From the NCBI GenBank assembly GCA_037137755.1, contig JBAXJR010000026.1, positions 1 through 33,320 on the forward strand: a DNA stretch of 33,320 nucleotides, written 5' to 3'. The notes under the pieces were generated by a model. That model made no database searches, was not told where the DNA came from, and saw only the letters and a list, made by a program, of their open reading frames with translations. Shown piece by piece: positions 10,093 to 20,068 of the stretch (positions are counted from its first letter, which is position 1; each line of letters opens with the position of its first letter). This stretch comes from Methanomicrobiales archaeon. Lineage in GTDB: Archaea > Halobacteriota > Methanomicrobia > Methanomicrobiales > Methanospirillaceae. The translations under genes were made by a program, and so were the position numbers.

Positions 10093-10584
10093 ATGGACGA
10101 AAAAGATCTTCTCCTCCTCCAGCTACTTGAGGATAATAGTCGTGTATCGGCTGATGAACTCTCGGTCATGACAGAAATACCTGCCGGGGATGTTGAGTGC
10201 AGGATCGCAGCCCTGGAAGAGGCCCAGGTAATCAGAAAATATTCAGCAGTCATTGACTGGGAGCGGGCAGGGAACGGAGAGGTCTGGGCCATTATTGAAC
10301 TGAAAGTAAACCCCGAGCGGGACTTTGGGTACGACCGGATTGCCGAACGGATCTCGAAATTCAAACAGGTGCGATCGCTGCGGTTAATCACCGGGACGTA
10401 CGATTTCCAGCTTCTCGTAACCGGGAAAAATATGCAGGAGGTTGCGCGTTTCGTCTCTGAACATATCGCACCGATGGATCGGATCCGGGAAACTGCAACC
10501 CATATTATTATGAAAAATTATAAAGAGAATGGAAATACCCTATGTGGTCATGAAGTGACCGAACGCATTCCATATTCATTCTGA
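10093..10584 (+). CDS. Lrp/AsnC family transcriptional regulator
   Basis: N-terminal HTH and C-terminal RAM-like domain (ITGTYDF, TATHII). ATG 10093 follows an AGGTGA RBS; alternative GTG at 10084 overlaps the cdc6 stop. Confidence 0.9.
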   Translation: MDEKDLLLLQLLEDNSRVSADELSVMTEIPAGDVECRIAALEEAQVIRKYSAVIDWERAGNGEVWAIIELKVNPERDFGYDRIAERISKFKQVRSLRLITGTYDFQLLVTGKNMQEVARFVSEHIAPMDRIRETATHIIMKNYKENGNTLCGHEVTERIPYSF

Positions 10585-10594
10585 AGGTGGGCGA

Positions 10595-11758
10595 ATGCGA
10601 AACTTCATCTCAAAATCGGCGGAAGCGATTCCACCGTCGGGCATCCGGAAATTCTTTGATCTCGCCCTTACGATGGACGATGTGATATCCCTAGGTGTTG
10701 GGGAACCCGACTTCACAACACCATGGAACGTATGCGAAGCTGGTATCTATTCGATAGAACAGGGTACGACTTCCTATACCTCAAACCGGGGACTCCAGGA
10801 GCTTCGGGACTCGCTATCAGAATATTTAAAAAGCCATTATGGTCTCCATTACAATGCAGATCGGGAGATGGTTATCACTAGCGGGGTTTCAGAAGCGCTG
10901 GATATTGCAATAAGGGCCGTGATTGACCCTGGTGACGAAGCCCTCGTTACGGAACCCATTTACGTCTCCTATGCACCGTGTGTGACTCTGGCGGGTGGTG
11001 TGCCCGTTCCGGTGCCCTGTCTTGAGAAAGACCAGTTCAGACTCATGCCGGATTCGCTGATGGAAAAGATTTCCAAAAAGAGCAAAGTCCTGATCCTGAA
11101 CTTCCCGAACAATCCTACCGGCGCAGTAATGAAGCGGGACGATCTGAAGGCAATTGCAGATATTGTTGTTGACCATGATCTCCTGGTAATAAGCGACGAG
11201 GTATACGCGGAACTCACCTACGAGGGGTCCCATGTTGCACCTGCAACCATAGACGGTCTATGGGAGAGGACAATCACCCTGAATGGATTTTCGAAGGCTT
11301 ATGCAATGACCGGATGGCGGATCGGGTATCTCTGTGCACCCGAGCCGATATGTGATGCGGCACTGAAGATACACCAGTACGTAATGCTCTGTGCCCCCGT
11401 GATGGGACAGATTGCTGCCAACTCGGCTTTAAGGAACGGTGAGGATGAAAAGGACCAGATGGTGACAGAATACCGCGTACGGAGGAACCTGTTTGTCCAT
11501 GATCTGAACCGGATCGGGCTCCCCTGCCATGTACCTGAAGGTGCGTTTTATGCGTTCCCGTCGGTGAGGTCGACAGGCCTGTCCGATTTCGAATTTGCCG
11601 AACGACTCCTGAAAGAAGAACGGGTCGCCGTCGTGCCGGGAACCGTGTTTGGGGATGCAGCTAAAGATCATCTACGTTGTGCCTATGCCGTCTCAAGAAA
11701 GGATTTGAAAGAGGCTGTAATCAGGATAGAGCGTTTTCTGTCAAACCTTCCTAAATAA
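10595..11758 (+). CDS. PLP-dependent aminotransferase class I/II (AlaT/YugH-like)
   Basis: SGIRKFFD, LGVGEPDF, PNNPTG, SDEVY, SKAYAMTGWRIG (PLP Lys) and GAFY motifs. Confidence 0.93.
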   Translation: MRNFISKSAEAIPPSGIRKFFDLALTMDDVISLGVGEPDFTTPWNVCEAGIYSIEQGTTSYTSNRGLQELRDSLSEYLKSHYGLHYNADREMVITSGVSEALDIAIRAVIDPGDEALVTEPIYVSYAPCVTLAGGVPVPVPCLEKDQFRLMPDSLMEKISKKSKVLILNFPNNPTGAVMKRDDLKAIADIVVDHDLLVISDEVYAELTYEGSHVAPATIDGLWERTITLNGFSKAYAMTGWRIGYLCAPEPICDAALKIHQYVMLCAPVMGQIAANSALRNGEDEKDQMVTEYRVRRNLFVHDLNRIGLPCHVPEGAFYAFPSVRSTGLSDFEFAERLLKEERVAVVPGTVFGDAAKDHLRCAYAVSRKDLKEAVIRIERFLSNLPK

Positions 11759-11844
11759 CCGGGCAGGAACTCCACAAGCAGGGACATCAGCACCCGAACC
11801 TTCTTTTATATTTTTTGTATGGTGTTTCTGATGGTTGATCCCGG

Positions 11845-11917
11845 TATCCCGGCAACTCCCGGTTGATCACCCTCCCGAAAAAATGACCCTTACGTAACAA
11901 CCGGGGGTTGCAGGATA
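11845..11917. repeat. Imperfect inverted repeat (stem-loop) upstream of purA
   Basis: GCAACTCCCGGTTG (11852-11865) pairs with CAACCGGGGGTTGC (11898-11911) with one G-U pair; extended by TATCC/GGATA. Confidence 0.6.
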
Positions 11918-11960
11918 TAGATTTATTGCGCTTATCATCCCATACTACATGATAGAACTT

Positions 11961-12971
11961 ATGAGCTGCACGATTATTGTCGGTGGGTTTTTTGGTGATG
12001 AGGGTAAGGGCAAGATAGTTGCGCATATTGCCTATCACGATAAACCAACCATTATTTCAAGGGGTGGCGTCGGGCCGAATGCCGGTCACACCGTAAAGAT
12101 GGGTGAGAAGGAATATGGGGTCAGGATGGTCCCGTCAGGCTTTATTTACCCGGATGCCCGCCTTTTTATTGGTACTGGCGTTCTGGTGGATCCCAGGGTT
12201 TTAAAGACAGAAGTTGACATGCTCGGTGTTAAGGGGCGGATTTTTGTTGATTCGCGGTGTGGGATAATTGAAGAAGACCACATACGGAGAGACAAGGGGA
12301 GTGACCACCTTGCAAAGACCATCGGGAGCACGGGAAGCGGGTGCGGACCGGCAAATTCAGACCGTGTGATGAGATCGGCGAGACTTGCACGAGACGTTCC
12401 GGAATTGAAAGAATACCTGATTGATGTCCCGATGGAACTGAATAGCGCATTAGACCGTGGGGAACGAGTCCTCCTTGAAGGGACCCAGGGCTTTGGTATC
12501 TCACTCTATTATGGGACATATCCGTTTGTAACCAGCAAGGACACCTCTGCCTCGCAGATCGCCGCGGATAACGGGGTGGGTCCGACCCGGATTGACGATG
12601 TAATCGTTGTCTTCAAGGCGTACCCGACAAGGGTTGGCGAAGGGCCGTTCTCCACGGAGATGACCCGCGAAGAGTCGGATGAGATGGGCATCCAGGAGTT
12701 CGGGACGGTAACGCACCGGCAGCGACGCATCGGTGAGTGGGACGGGAAGATGGCACGGTATTCGGCGATGATCAACGGCTGTACCCAGGCAGCAATCACC
12801 GGTATCGACAGGATCGATGAGGCATGTTTTGGAGCGACCCGTTATGATCAGCTCACGGAAAAAGCGATCACATTCCTCAAAAAGGCGGAAGCTGATATCG
12901 GTGCCCCTATAACCCTGATCTCCACAGGGCCTGATGTCTCGCAGATCATAGATCTCCGTGACGAGCCATGA
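11961..12971 (+). CDS. purA: Adenylosuccinate synthetase (short archaeal form)
   Basis: GDEGKGK, PNAGHT, EGTQG, YPFVTS, TRVGEGPF, EFGTVT.R.RR and ISTGP motifs. Start set at ATG 11961. Confidence 0.96.
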   Translation: MSCTIIVGGFFGDEGKGKIVAHIAYHDKPTIISRGGVGPNAGHTVKMGEKEYGVRMVPSGFIYPDARLFIGTGVLVDPRVLKTEVDMLGVKGRIFVDSRCGIIEEDHIRRDKGSDHLAKTIGSTGSGCGPANSDRVMRSARLARDVPELKEYLIDVPMELNSALDRGERVLLEGTQGFGISLYYGTYPFVTSKDTSASQIAADNGVGPTRIDDVIVVFKAYPTRVGEGPFSTEMTREESDEMGIQEFGTVTHRQRRIGEWDGKMARYSAMINGCTQAAITGIDRIDEACFGATRYDQLTEKAITFLKKAEADIGAPITLISTGPDVSQIIDLRDEP

Positions 12972-13165
12972 AGAGAAGTCTGCTTGACATTCTCTGCTGT
13001 CCCGTCTGCAAGGGAGACCTGGCCCTGGGAGTTGAGACAGAGGATGAGACCGGGATTATTGAAGGGACACTGACATGTGCCAGTTGCAGCGTGGCATATC
13101 CCATCAGTGACGGTATCCCGGACCTGCTTCCGAGATTTGAGGCACCTCCTGAGAGTAACAAATAA
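12968..13165 (+). CDS. Trm112-like methyltransferase partner protein
   Basis: LLDILCCPVCKG...LTCASC...YPISDGIPDLL; ATGA overlap with purA. Confidence 0.9.
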   Translation: MKRSLLDILCCPVCKGDLALGVETEDETGIIEGTLTCASCSVAYPISDGIPDLLPRFEAPPESNK

Positions 13166-13257
13166 AGGAATAATGGACTGGAATCCCTGCTATTGCGCCC
13201 GGATTATCCTACCATGATTATCACTTCTTTTTGTACCGTTCGTGCGGGGAGGCGGGA

Positions 13258-14172
13258 ATGTATTCCACGATAGTCCTTCCGTTAGCACTTCTTGTTGACC
13301 GGCTGGCAGGTGACCCTGACTCCAGGTTTCATCCGGTCGCGCTCCTTGGCAGGTTGATAAGCTGGTGGGGAAAACCGGAAAAATGGCCTGTAAGGGCAAG
13401 GAAATTTGCCGGTACCGCGATGTGGGTACTGACAGCTTTCATTTTTGCCGTTCCGTTTTTCCTGGTAAGCGTCGTCCTCCCCTGGTACCTGTACCTGATC
13501 TGTGCGCCATTTCTCTTAAAAATCTGTTTTGCATGGCGATCATTGGAGGAACATACCAGCTGTGTGGTCAACGCCGCCCGGGAGGACCTGGATCTTGCAA
13601 GGTCACAGGTGGGGAGGATGGTATCCCGGGATAGTGGCAGTCTTACAAAGGAGCAGGTCCTTTCTGCCGGGTATGAGTCAATGTCTGAGAACCTGGTAGA
13701 CAGCATCATCTCTCCGTTGTTTTTTTTCGGGTTAGCCGGGCTCACTGGGGCGGCGGTGTACCGGGCAGCAAACACGATGGATGCCATGCTCGGGTACAAA
13801 GATGAGCGGATAGACCTCGGCTGGTGGTCCGCGCGAATGGATGATATTTTCAACTATATTCCTGCCCGGATCACCGGGCTGTTGCTCCTCCTGTACTTCG
13901 CATGCAAGGGGCAGTTCCAGCCGGCCTATGAAGCATTAAAGCTGGATGGGAAAAAAAGGCCGGGATTTAACGGCGGTATCCCGATGGCAATCATGGCAGG
14001 TGGCACTGGTGTAAGGTTCGAGAAACCCGGGGTTTATACCATCGGGCCAGGCGTTCGCTCACTGGAAGAGGGCGGCCCGGATATTCTGAAAGCCGTGAGG
14101 GTGATTACCCTCGTATTCTCAGCGCTTCTCATCGGCACACTACTTTTATTGCAGATACTGCTCAATATATAA
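13258..14172 (+). CDS. cbiB: Cobalamin biosynthesis protein CbiB/CobD (adenosylcobinamide-phosphate synthase)
   Basis: GDP...[30 protein letters not shown] and ARMDD...YIPAR motifs; GGAGG RBS before ATG 13258. Confidence 0.93.
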   Translation: MYSTIVLPLALLVDRLAGDPDSRFHPVALLGRLISWWGKPEKWPVRARKFAGTAMWVLTAFIFAVPFFLVSVVLPWYLYLICAPFLLKICFAWRSLEEHTSCVVNAAREDLDLARSQVGRMVSRDSGSLTKEQVLSAGYESMSENLVDSIISPLFFFGLAGLTGAAVYRAANTMDAMLGYKDERIDLGWWSARMDDIFNYIPARITGLLLLLYFACKGQFQPAYEALKLDGKKRPGFNGGIPMAIMAGGTGVRFEKPGVYTIGPGVRSLEEGGPDILKAVRVITLVFSALLIGTLLLLQILLNI

Positions 14173-14176
14173 GAAT

Positions 14177-15073
14177 ATGAAACTCGAGGAACTGAGATTC
14201 GGCACCGAACTGCTGAAACGGGGTTTCGCATCCATGCAGAAGGGGGGAGTAATCATGGATGTTGTAAACGCCGAGCAGGCGATGATTGCAGAGGAGACCG
14301 GTGCAGTCGCAGTGATGGCACTGGAGCGGGTGCCTGCCGATATCAGGAAGGCGGGAGGAGTCGCCCGGATGGCAGACCCCGAGATCGTGATGTCAATAAT
14401 TGACGCAGTTTCCATCCCGGTGATGGGAAAGGTCAGGATTGGTCATTTTGTTGAGGCACAGGTCCTGGAGTACCTTGGTGTTGACATGATAGACGAAAGT
14501 GAGGTCCTGACCCCGGCAGATGAGCAATACCATATTGATAAGTCAAAATTCAAAGTCCCGTTTGTCTGCGGGGCAAGAAACCTCGGGGAAGCCCTGCGAA
14601 GAATTAACGAGGGGGCTGCCATGATAAGGACTAAAGGGGAAGCTGGAACCGGGAATATCGTTGAGGCAGTCCGGCATATGCGGGCGATAATGGGTGAGAT
14701 CCGCATGCTGAAAGGCATGGACATCCAGGAACAGATTGACTTTGCCCGTGATATTGAAGCACCGGCGGAACTGGTAATTGAATGTGCACGGATGGGGAGA
14801 CTGCCTGTTGTGAATTTCTCCGCGGGTGGTATTGCCACACCATCTGATGCGGCACTCATGATGCAGCTGGGTGCAGACGGTGTATTTGTCGGTTCAGGGA
14901 TCTTCAAGTCTTCGCAACCAAAGGTCATGGCTAAGGCCATCGTTGAAGCGGTAAACAACTTTGATAACCCGGAAAAAATTGCAAAGGCAAGCCGGGGACT
15001 TGGAGATGCAATGCCGGGCCTGGATATCCATACCTTGCCGGAAGACCAGGTGCTCCAGTATCGTGGCCGGTAA
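14177..15073 (+). CDS. pdxS: Pyridoxal 5'-phosphate synthase lyase subunit
   Basis: [38 protein letters not shown] and [16 protein letters not shown] motifs. Confidence 0.97.
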   Translation: MKLEELRFGTELLKRGFASMQKGGVIMDVVNAEQAMIAEETGAVAVMALERVPADIRKAGGVARMADPEIVMSIIDAVSIPVMGKVRIGHFVEAQVLEYLGVDMIDESEVLTPADEQYHIDKSKFKVPFVCGARNLGEALRRINEGAAMIRTKGEAGTGNIVEAVRHMRAIMGEIRMLKGMDIQEQIDFARDIEAPAELVIECARMGRLPVVNFSAGGIATPSDAALMMQLGADGVFVGSGIFKSSQPKVMAKAIVEAVNNFDNPEKIAKASRGLGDAMPGLDIHTLPEDQVLQYRGR

Positions 15074-15166
15074 CAGTACATTTTTTTTATTTATGGAATC
15101 TTTTCCCCGTTTGTTGGTAATCCGGAATACACGTGGGTTTCGACAACCGGTTAGAAGGTGAGTGGT

Positions 15167-15754
15167 ATGGGAACCAGGATCGGGGTGCTTGCTCTCCAGG
15201 GAGCAGTCAGTGAACATATTGATGCATTCAGGCTGGCACTGGATACCATTGATCCTTCGGGGCATTCATCTGTGATATCCGTACGTCATGCCGATGAAAT
15301 TTCAACTCTCGATGGTCTCGCGATTCCTGGTGGTGAATCCACCACAATTTCACGCCTCATTGATAAAAACCAGATGAGGAGACCGATTGAAGAATTTGAA
15401 GGGGGTATTTTTGCTACCTGCGCAGGAATGGTCCTCATGGCGACAGAGGTGGGCGATTCACGGATATGTACCCTTGGGCTTATTGAAATGAATGTTGAAA
15501 GAAATGCGTTTGGTCGCCAGAGAGAGTCGTTTGAGACAGATCTTGAGATGAAAGGATTTGATACCCCGTACCACGCGATTTTTATCAGGGCACCGGTTGT
15601 CACAAGCTGCGGGGATGGTGTCGAGGTCCTTTCAAAAATAGGAAAAGGGATTGTAGCCGTTCGGAAAGATCGTTATTATGCCCTTGCATTTCACCCGGAA
15701 CTCAGTGCCGACCCTAGGATTCATCTCCAGTTCATTCAACGGCTGGGCGTTTAA
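15167..15754 (+). CDS. pdxT: Pyridoxal 5'-phosphate synthase glutaminase subunit
   Basis: GVLALQG, PGGESTT, TCAG, RNAFGRQRESF, FIRAP and FHPEL motifs; GGTGA RBS before ATG 15167. Confidence 0.96.
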   Translation: MGTRIGVLALQGAVSEHIDAFRLALDTIDPSGHSSVISVRHADEISTLDGLAIPGGESTTISRLIDKNQMRRPIEEFEGGIFATCAGMVLMATEVGDSRICTLGLIEMNVERNAFGRQRESFETDLEMKGFDTPYHAIFIRAPVVTSCGDGVEVLSKIGKGIVAVRKDRYYALAFHPELSADPRIHLQFIQRLGV

Positions 15755-15882
15755 TCACTTTATTATTCTTCAACATAGATATCGTTTTTTTGCTGTCAAT
15801 AAAAAGCGATAGAATTGGATTCTCCTGGACAAGAACCCTCTCGTCCTGTCTGGATATCGGGTTATCTTTTTTTTGTAAACTT

Positions 15883-16569
15883 TCAATCCTGACCTACAAC
15901 ATTATCCGGATCGATCAACCCGTCTTTCATGTAAATAATCCGATCGAAATACGTTTTATGCCACTCTTCGTGAGACACCATAATTATGGTCTGACTGAGG
16001 TCCCCGTTCAGTTTTTTGAACAGGTCAAGAATAATCCGGGAGTTCTGGGAATCGAGATTTGCACAGGGCTCGTCCGCAAGCAGGATCGTTGGTTTGTTCA
16101 CCAGTGCCCGTGCAATCGCGACGCGTTGCTGTTCACCTCCTGACATTTCCCCAGGAAGATGGTGGCTACGGTCTTTAAGTCCGACGAGATCGAGAATTTC
16201 AGTACAGACCAGGGAGCATTCATTCGGCGTCATCCCTCGTACCATGGAGGGGAGGTACACATTTTCCCTGGCAGTCAGTTCGGGGACGAGGGCATAGTCC
16301 TGGAACACATACCCAAGTCTTCGTAAACGGAACAAGGTCCGTTCCCGTTCGTTCAGGGTACCGACATCAATGCCGTCAATCGAGATAGAACCACTGGTAG
16401 GACGGTCAAGAAGACCAAGCATGTGGAGCAGTGTCGATTTCCCACTACCGCTCGCGCCCATAATTCCGACGAATTCACCCTTTTTGATCTCCAGCGAGAC
16501 ACCGTTCAGTGCCAGAACCTGAACAGGGCCCTTGCCATAGATTCTTTTTAGATCACGCCCGATAATCAT
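15883..16569 (-). CDS. ABC transporter ATP-binding protein (LolD/MacB-like)
   Basis: GASGSGKST Walker A, MSGGEQQRVAIARAL signature, LADEP Walker B, SH switch. Confidence 0.93.
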   Translation of the reverse strand: MIIGRDLKRIYGKGPVQVLALNGVSLEIKKGEFVGIMGASGSGKSTLLHMLGLLDRPTSGSISIDGIDVGTLNERERTLFRLRRLGYVFQDYALVPELTARENVYLPSMVRGMTPNECSLVCTEILDLVGLKDRSHHLPGEMSGGEQQRVAIARALVNKPTILLADEPCANLDSQNSRIILDLFKKLNGDLSQTIIMVSHEEWHKTYFDRIIYMKDGLIDPDNVVGQD

Positions 16570-16570
16570 G

Positions 16571-17773
16571 TCAACCCCGAATAGCAGAGAGGATATCCTC
16601 TTTTGTTGTTATCCATGCAGGAACGTAGCCGGCGATTATCGATACTATCAGGAGGCTTATTATCGAACGGACGATGAGCATCGGGTCAACAACCGGGGCA
16701 ACCGGCCCCCCCGGAAATACAATCGGAGAAACTGCAAGTAACTGGAGTATCAACAACAAAAAAATACCCCCGACGACCGTACCGATAGCAAAAATAAAAA
16801 GGGCCTGGAAGATATAGGATTTGATAATAATCGAGCGGTCGATCCCGATTGCCTTAAGGATCCCTATCTGTTTCCTCCGGTAGACCGTATTGATAAATAT
16901 CACGATGAAAATCACTACAATTGCAATAACCAGGCTTACTATTGTGCCAATCAGGTTGATAATATTAAAGCTGCCAATGATCTGGTTTAAAAAATTGGCC
17001 GATTTTTCCTCCCAGGTCCATATCTTTTCCTGTACTCCAAACGATATCAGCGTGTTACGCATGCTGTTTTCATCGCCGGTCACCTCAGTCTTTACAAGGA
17101 TCTCGTTCGCTTTATCAGTGATGCCTATGACGGATTCATATTCTTTCTTCGTAATAAACGCGCTACCGTCCGCACTGTATGAACCGGAATTAACAATGCC
17201 CTTGATGCGGTATGGCCGCGTTACACCATTGCTGAAGGTAATGTCAACCGTCTGCCCAACGCTCACTCCGCCGAGGGATGGAATAACATCAAGTTTTTCA
17301 TCCTGGTTCCCGGCGAGCTGGTACCCGAGGACTACCTGGTCCGTATCTCCCGAGCTCAGAAAGCTCCCGCTGATCACTTTCGAAGGAGTTTTCAGAACTG
17401 TTTTCTCGTCATCAGGATTGATGGCATCTAATGTGGCAGTGACTACATTCCCTTTATGAGTGAAGGTAGCCCCGGTTGAATACCGCGGTGAAACCCCGGT
17501 TACGCCGGGAATATGTTCGACCTTTTTCTGTAACTCACTTACATTATTGATGTATATTTGATTCTTTGATGGCTCGATCACCAGGTTTCCATAGCTGTAG
17601 TCAATTGACTGCTGGTTAAAAAGGACGGCGACACCGGTGATGATGGAGGGCAGAAAGATCAGGTTGACGAAGACCATCCCTAAAATGAGAATGGTCAGGT
17701 ACAGGGTACCTTTGTTCCCCCTGACAATCGATCGCTTTGCGAGGAAAAAGGCGACCTTTGATTCTTCAAACAT
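16571..17773 (-). CDS. ABC transporter permease (FtsX/MacB-like)
   Basis: One N-terminal TM, a large extracytoplasmic domain and three C-terminal TMs, RRKQIGILKAIG motif. Start set at ATG 17773. Confidence 0.9.
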   Translation of the reverse strand: MFEESKVAFFLAKRSIVRGNKGTLYLTILILGMVFVNLIFLPSIITGVAVLFNQQSIDYSYGNLVIEPSKNQIYINNVSELQKKVEHIPGVTGVSPRYSTGATFTHKGNVVTATLDAINPDDEKTVLKTPSKVISGSFLSSGDTDQVVLGYQLAGNQDEKLDVIPSLGGVSVGQTVDITFSNGVTRPYRIKGIVNSGSYSADGSAFITKKEYESVIGITDKANEILVKTEVTGDENSMRNTLISFGVQEKIWTWEEKSANFLNQIIGSFNIINLIGTIVSLVIAIVVIFIVIFINTVYRRKQIGILKAIGIDRSIIIKSYIFQALFIFAIGTVVGGIFLLLILQLLAVSPIVFPGGPVAPVVDPMLIVRSIISLLIVSIIAGYVPAWITTKEDILSAIRG

Positions 17774-19019
17774 TGGCAGTTTCCTTTTTCCGGAATACCA
17801 GGAACCAGTATGCAAAGCCTCCTGCAAGGATGAGCAGGATAACTGCCCCGATTATAACCGGGGTGCTGTCCTTGTTGTACACATTCAGGTGGAGTTCCTG
17901 TTGGGCCTGGTGGGGGCCGTAATCATCTGTATACTCGAGGACCAGGATATAGGGGATATCCCCGGAACGGTCCGCCTGGAGATTGAATGGTGCAGGGGCA
18001 TCATTATTAGGTTCAATTTTGCCCACAAATGCTTCCTTCGTTCCTGGTAGCGGGAGGTCTATTTTCGCGTTGACCGATTTGGCATCATCAGTGCCGGTGT
18101 TTTCGACCCTGATATACAGGGTAAACTGGTCACCTTTACTGATCCTGGCCGGGTCCGTGGTGATTTGGGAGATGTCCAGCTGGGCCTGGCCCCTTATATT
18201 TACACCTAAGGTTTCAACCTGTCTCGTAAACGTGCCGTCTGGGTTCTGGTAGTCGATAACCAGGTTGACCGGACTTATCCCGAGTGGGGACTTCTTATCT
18301 GTTGAAAACTCCATGTAGAGGTTTTTTTGCTCGCCCGGGCCTAATTTTTCGATATGATAGGTACCCGGGGTCTTCGGTGTGATTGACGGGTTGGAAGTAG
18401 TTACCGTGACCTGGAGATTACTTGCTGATAACTGCCCGTTATTTGCGAGGCTCACCGTGGCATTAAAATCGTTACCCGGCATTACACTTGCAGGTAATTG
18501 TTTGTCGACCGTGACCTGTGGCTTTTTCTGGATCTGGACTTCGCTGTTTACATTTACCGGGATTGGGAATTTGAGACTCGTTGCATCTGAGACGCGGATC
18601 CAGACTTCCGGGAAATATACTCCGGGTTGATCAGGTGCCTGGATGAGGAACGTTATCGGTATTGACTGCCCTGGCCCAAGTTCACCTACCCGGTTATATC
18701 CCCCGCTAATTACGTCCACACCATTTCCTACCATTGTGACACTATCAATCGGGGCATTGATATCCACATTCGTCGTGGTTGTTGCGCTGTTACCGGCCGT
18801 GCCGCTGGAATATGACTGCGAAATTGTTGCCTGCCCTGCAGTATTTTTGACAGTTACCGACACAATCCCCTGCTCACCTGGCAATAATACTGATGGAGTT
18901 ACCTTATAATCGGAAACGATAACCGAGGGTTCACTTGCGGTTACCGGGATGATACTAACGAGGAGAAACAGGATCAGCATTGCAAAAAACAAACGATAGA
19001 ATGGAACGGACGTTGGCAT
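17766..19019 (-). CDS. COG1361 S-layer-domain/CARDB-like membrane-anchored protein
   Basis: Signal peptide, repeated Ig-like units (V.V.N.G...A.N, L.PGE), C-terminal TM and basic tail. Start at 19019 or 19034. Confidence 0.8.
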   Translation of the reverse strand: MPTSVPFYRLFFAMLILFLLVSIIPVTASEPSVIVSDYKVTPSVLLPGEQGIVSVTVKNTAGQATISQSYSSGTAGNSATTTTNVDINAPIDSVTMVGNGVDVISGGYNRVGELGPGQSIPITFLIQAPDQPGVYFPEVWIRVSDATSLKFPIPVNVNSEVQIQKKPQVTVDKQLPASVMPGNDFNATVSLANNGQLSASNLQVTVTTSNPSITPKTPGTYHIEKLGPGEQKNLYMEFSTDKKSPLGISPVNLVIDYQNPDGTFTRQVETLGVNIRGQAQLDISQITTDPARISKGDQFTLYIRVENTGTDDAKSVNAKIDLPLPGTKEAFVGKIEPNNDAPAPFNLQADRSGDIPYILVLEYTDDYGPHQAQQELHLNVYNKDSTPVIIGAVILLILAGGFAYWFLVFRKKETANV

Positions 19020-19069
19020 GTACAGTATCCTCAATCACCCAGCCGATAATGATATCGATTGTTTACAGA

Positions 19070-19078
19070 TTTATATAA
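19070..19078 (-). promoter_or_regulatory. TATA box for the S-layer-domain/ABC operon
   Basis: Minus strand TTATATAAA about 50 nt upstream of the ATG at 19019. Confidence 0.5.
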
Positions 19079-19103
19079 CGAAAACAGACCGGATGCTCCC
19101 CTT

Positions 19104-19952
19104 TCAATAGCCCTCAGCACCATTGCGGTTGTCCTGCGGACCCTGGTCCGGATTGAGCATGTGTTTTTCGATAACCCGGACAAGTTCAATCAGGTGTGCT
19201 TTCATGTTCTCCCCTTCCGGTAGGTCAATGACCGGGACTCCTGTCCGATCAGCGATCTCCATCGTCGGGTCATAAGGAAAAGCAAATAGTGTGGTGACCC
19301 CGGTTTCAGCCAGCCGTTTCGCGATCGGCACCGGGTCATCACCTGGTCGCAACTTGTTTATAACCCCGAAGAGTCGTGGAATCCCAAGGTCCTTTGCCAT
19401 TTTCGCGATCTGGAAGGCGGTTTCAACGGATTTAACACCGGGCTCGACGATAACCAGGAGGGCCTGGGCAGACCTGGTCGTACCTCTTCCAAGGTGCTCA
19501 ACTCCTGCCTCCATATCCATCACCAACAGGTCTGCCTCTCCTGAAAGGTGTGATACGACTCTTTTTGCAAGGGTATTCGCCGGGCAGTAACAACCGCCTC
19601 CACCGGTTTTGATCGCCCCGAGGACGAGAAGCCGTACCCCGTCTTTGCAGGTGACCCCGAACATATCGAGTACGTCATTTACTTTGGGGTTTATCCGGAA
19701 CACGACCCCCGAAGCCCCGGGCGGTGCCCCGGTCCGCTCTTCGATAAAATCCTCTCGTGAAATTAGTGGCGTTATTGTGTCCGGTTGCCCAGCTGCACCA
19801 CAACCGAGCGAGTACCAGAGGTTTGGGGAGGGGTCCATGTCGAGTGCGATTACCCGCATTCCCTTTCTTGCAAAAGTCCTGGCGAGCCCGGCGGCGATCG
19901 AAGTCTTTCCAACGCCCCCTTTTCCGGTGACTGCGAGGGTGATCATTACCAT
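19104..19952 (-). CDS. cooC: CooC/AcsF nickel-insertion ATPase for CODH/ACS
   Basis: GKGGVGKT, DMDPSPNL, F.INPKV.D, GGGCYCP metal motif and DMEAGVEHLGRGT. Start at ATG 19952 or 19946. Confidence 0.93.
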   Translation of the reverse strand: MVMITLAVTGKGGVGKTSIAAGLARTFARKGMRVIALDMDPSPNLWYSLGCGAAGQPDTITPLISREDFIEERTGAPPGASGVVFRINPKVNDVLDMFGVTCKDGVRLLVLGAIKTGGGGCYCPANTLAKRVVSHLSGEADLLVMDMEAGVEHLGRGTTRSAQALLVIVEPGVKSVETAFQIAKMAKDLGIPRLFGVINKLRPGDDPVPIAKRLAETGVTTLFAFPYDPTMEIADRTGVPVIDLPEGENMKAHLIELVRVIEKHMLNPDQGPQDNRNGAEGY

Positions 19953-20068
19953 GCTGTTTAGCGTTGCGGGAATATAACGACTCTCTGGCATCGGGTGATT
20001 TGTAGCTCTATGCCCGCCTGAGCAGCCATATGTTAATGGTATACCGGGAATGAAGTACAGGACATACA

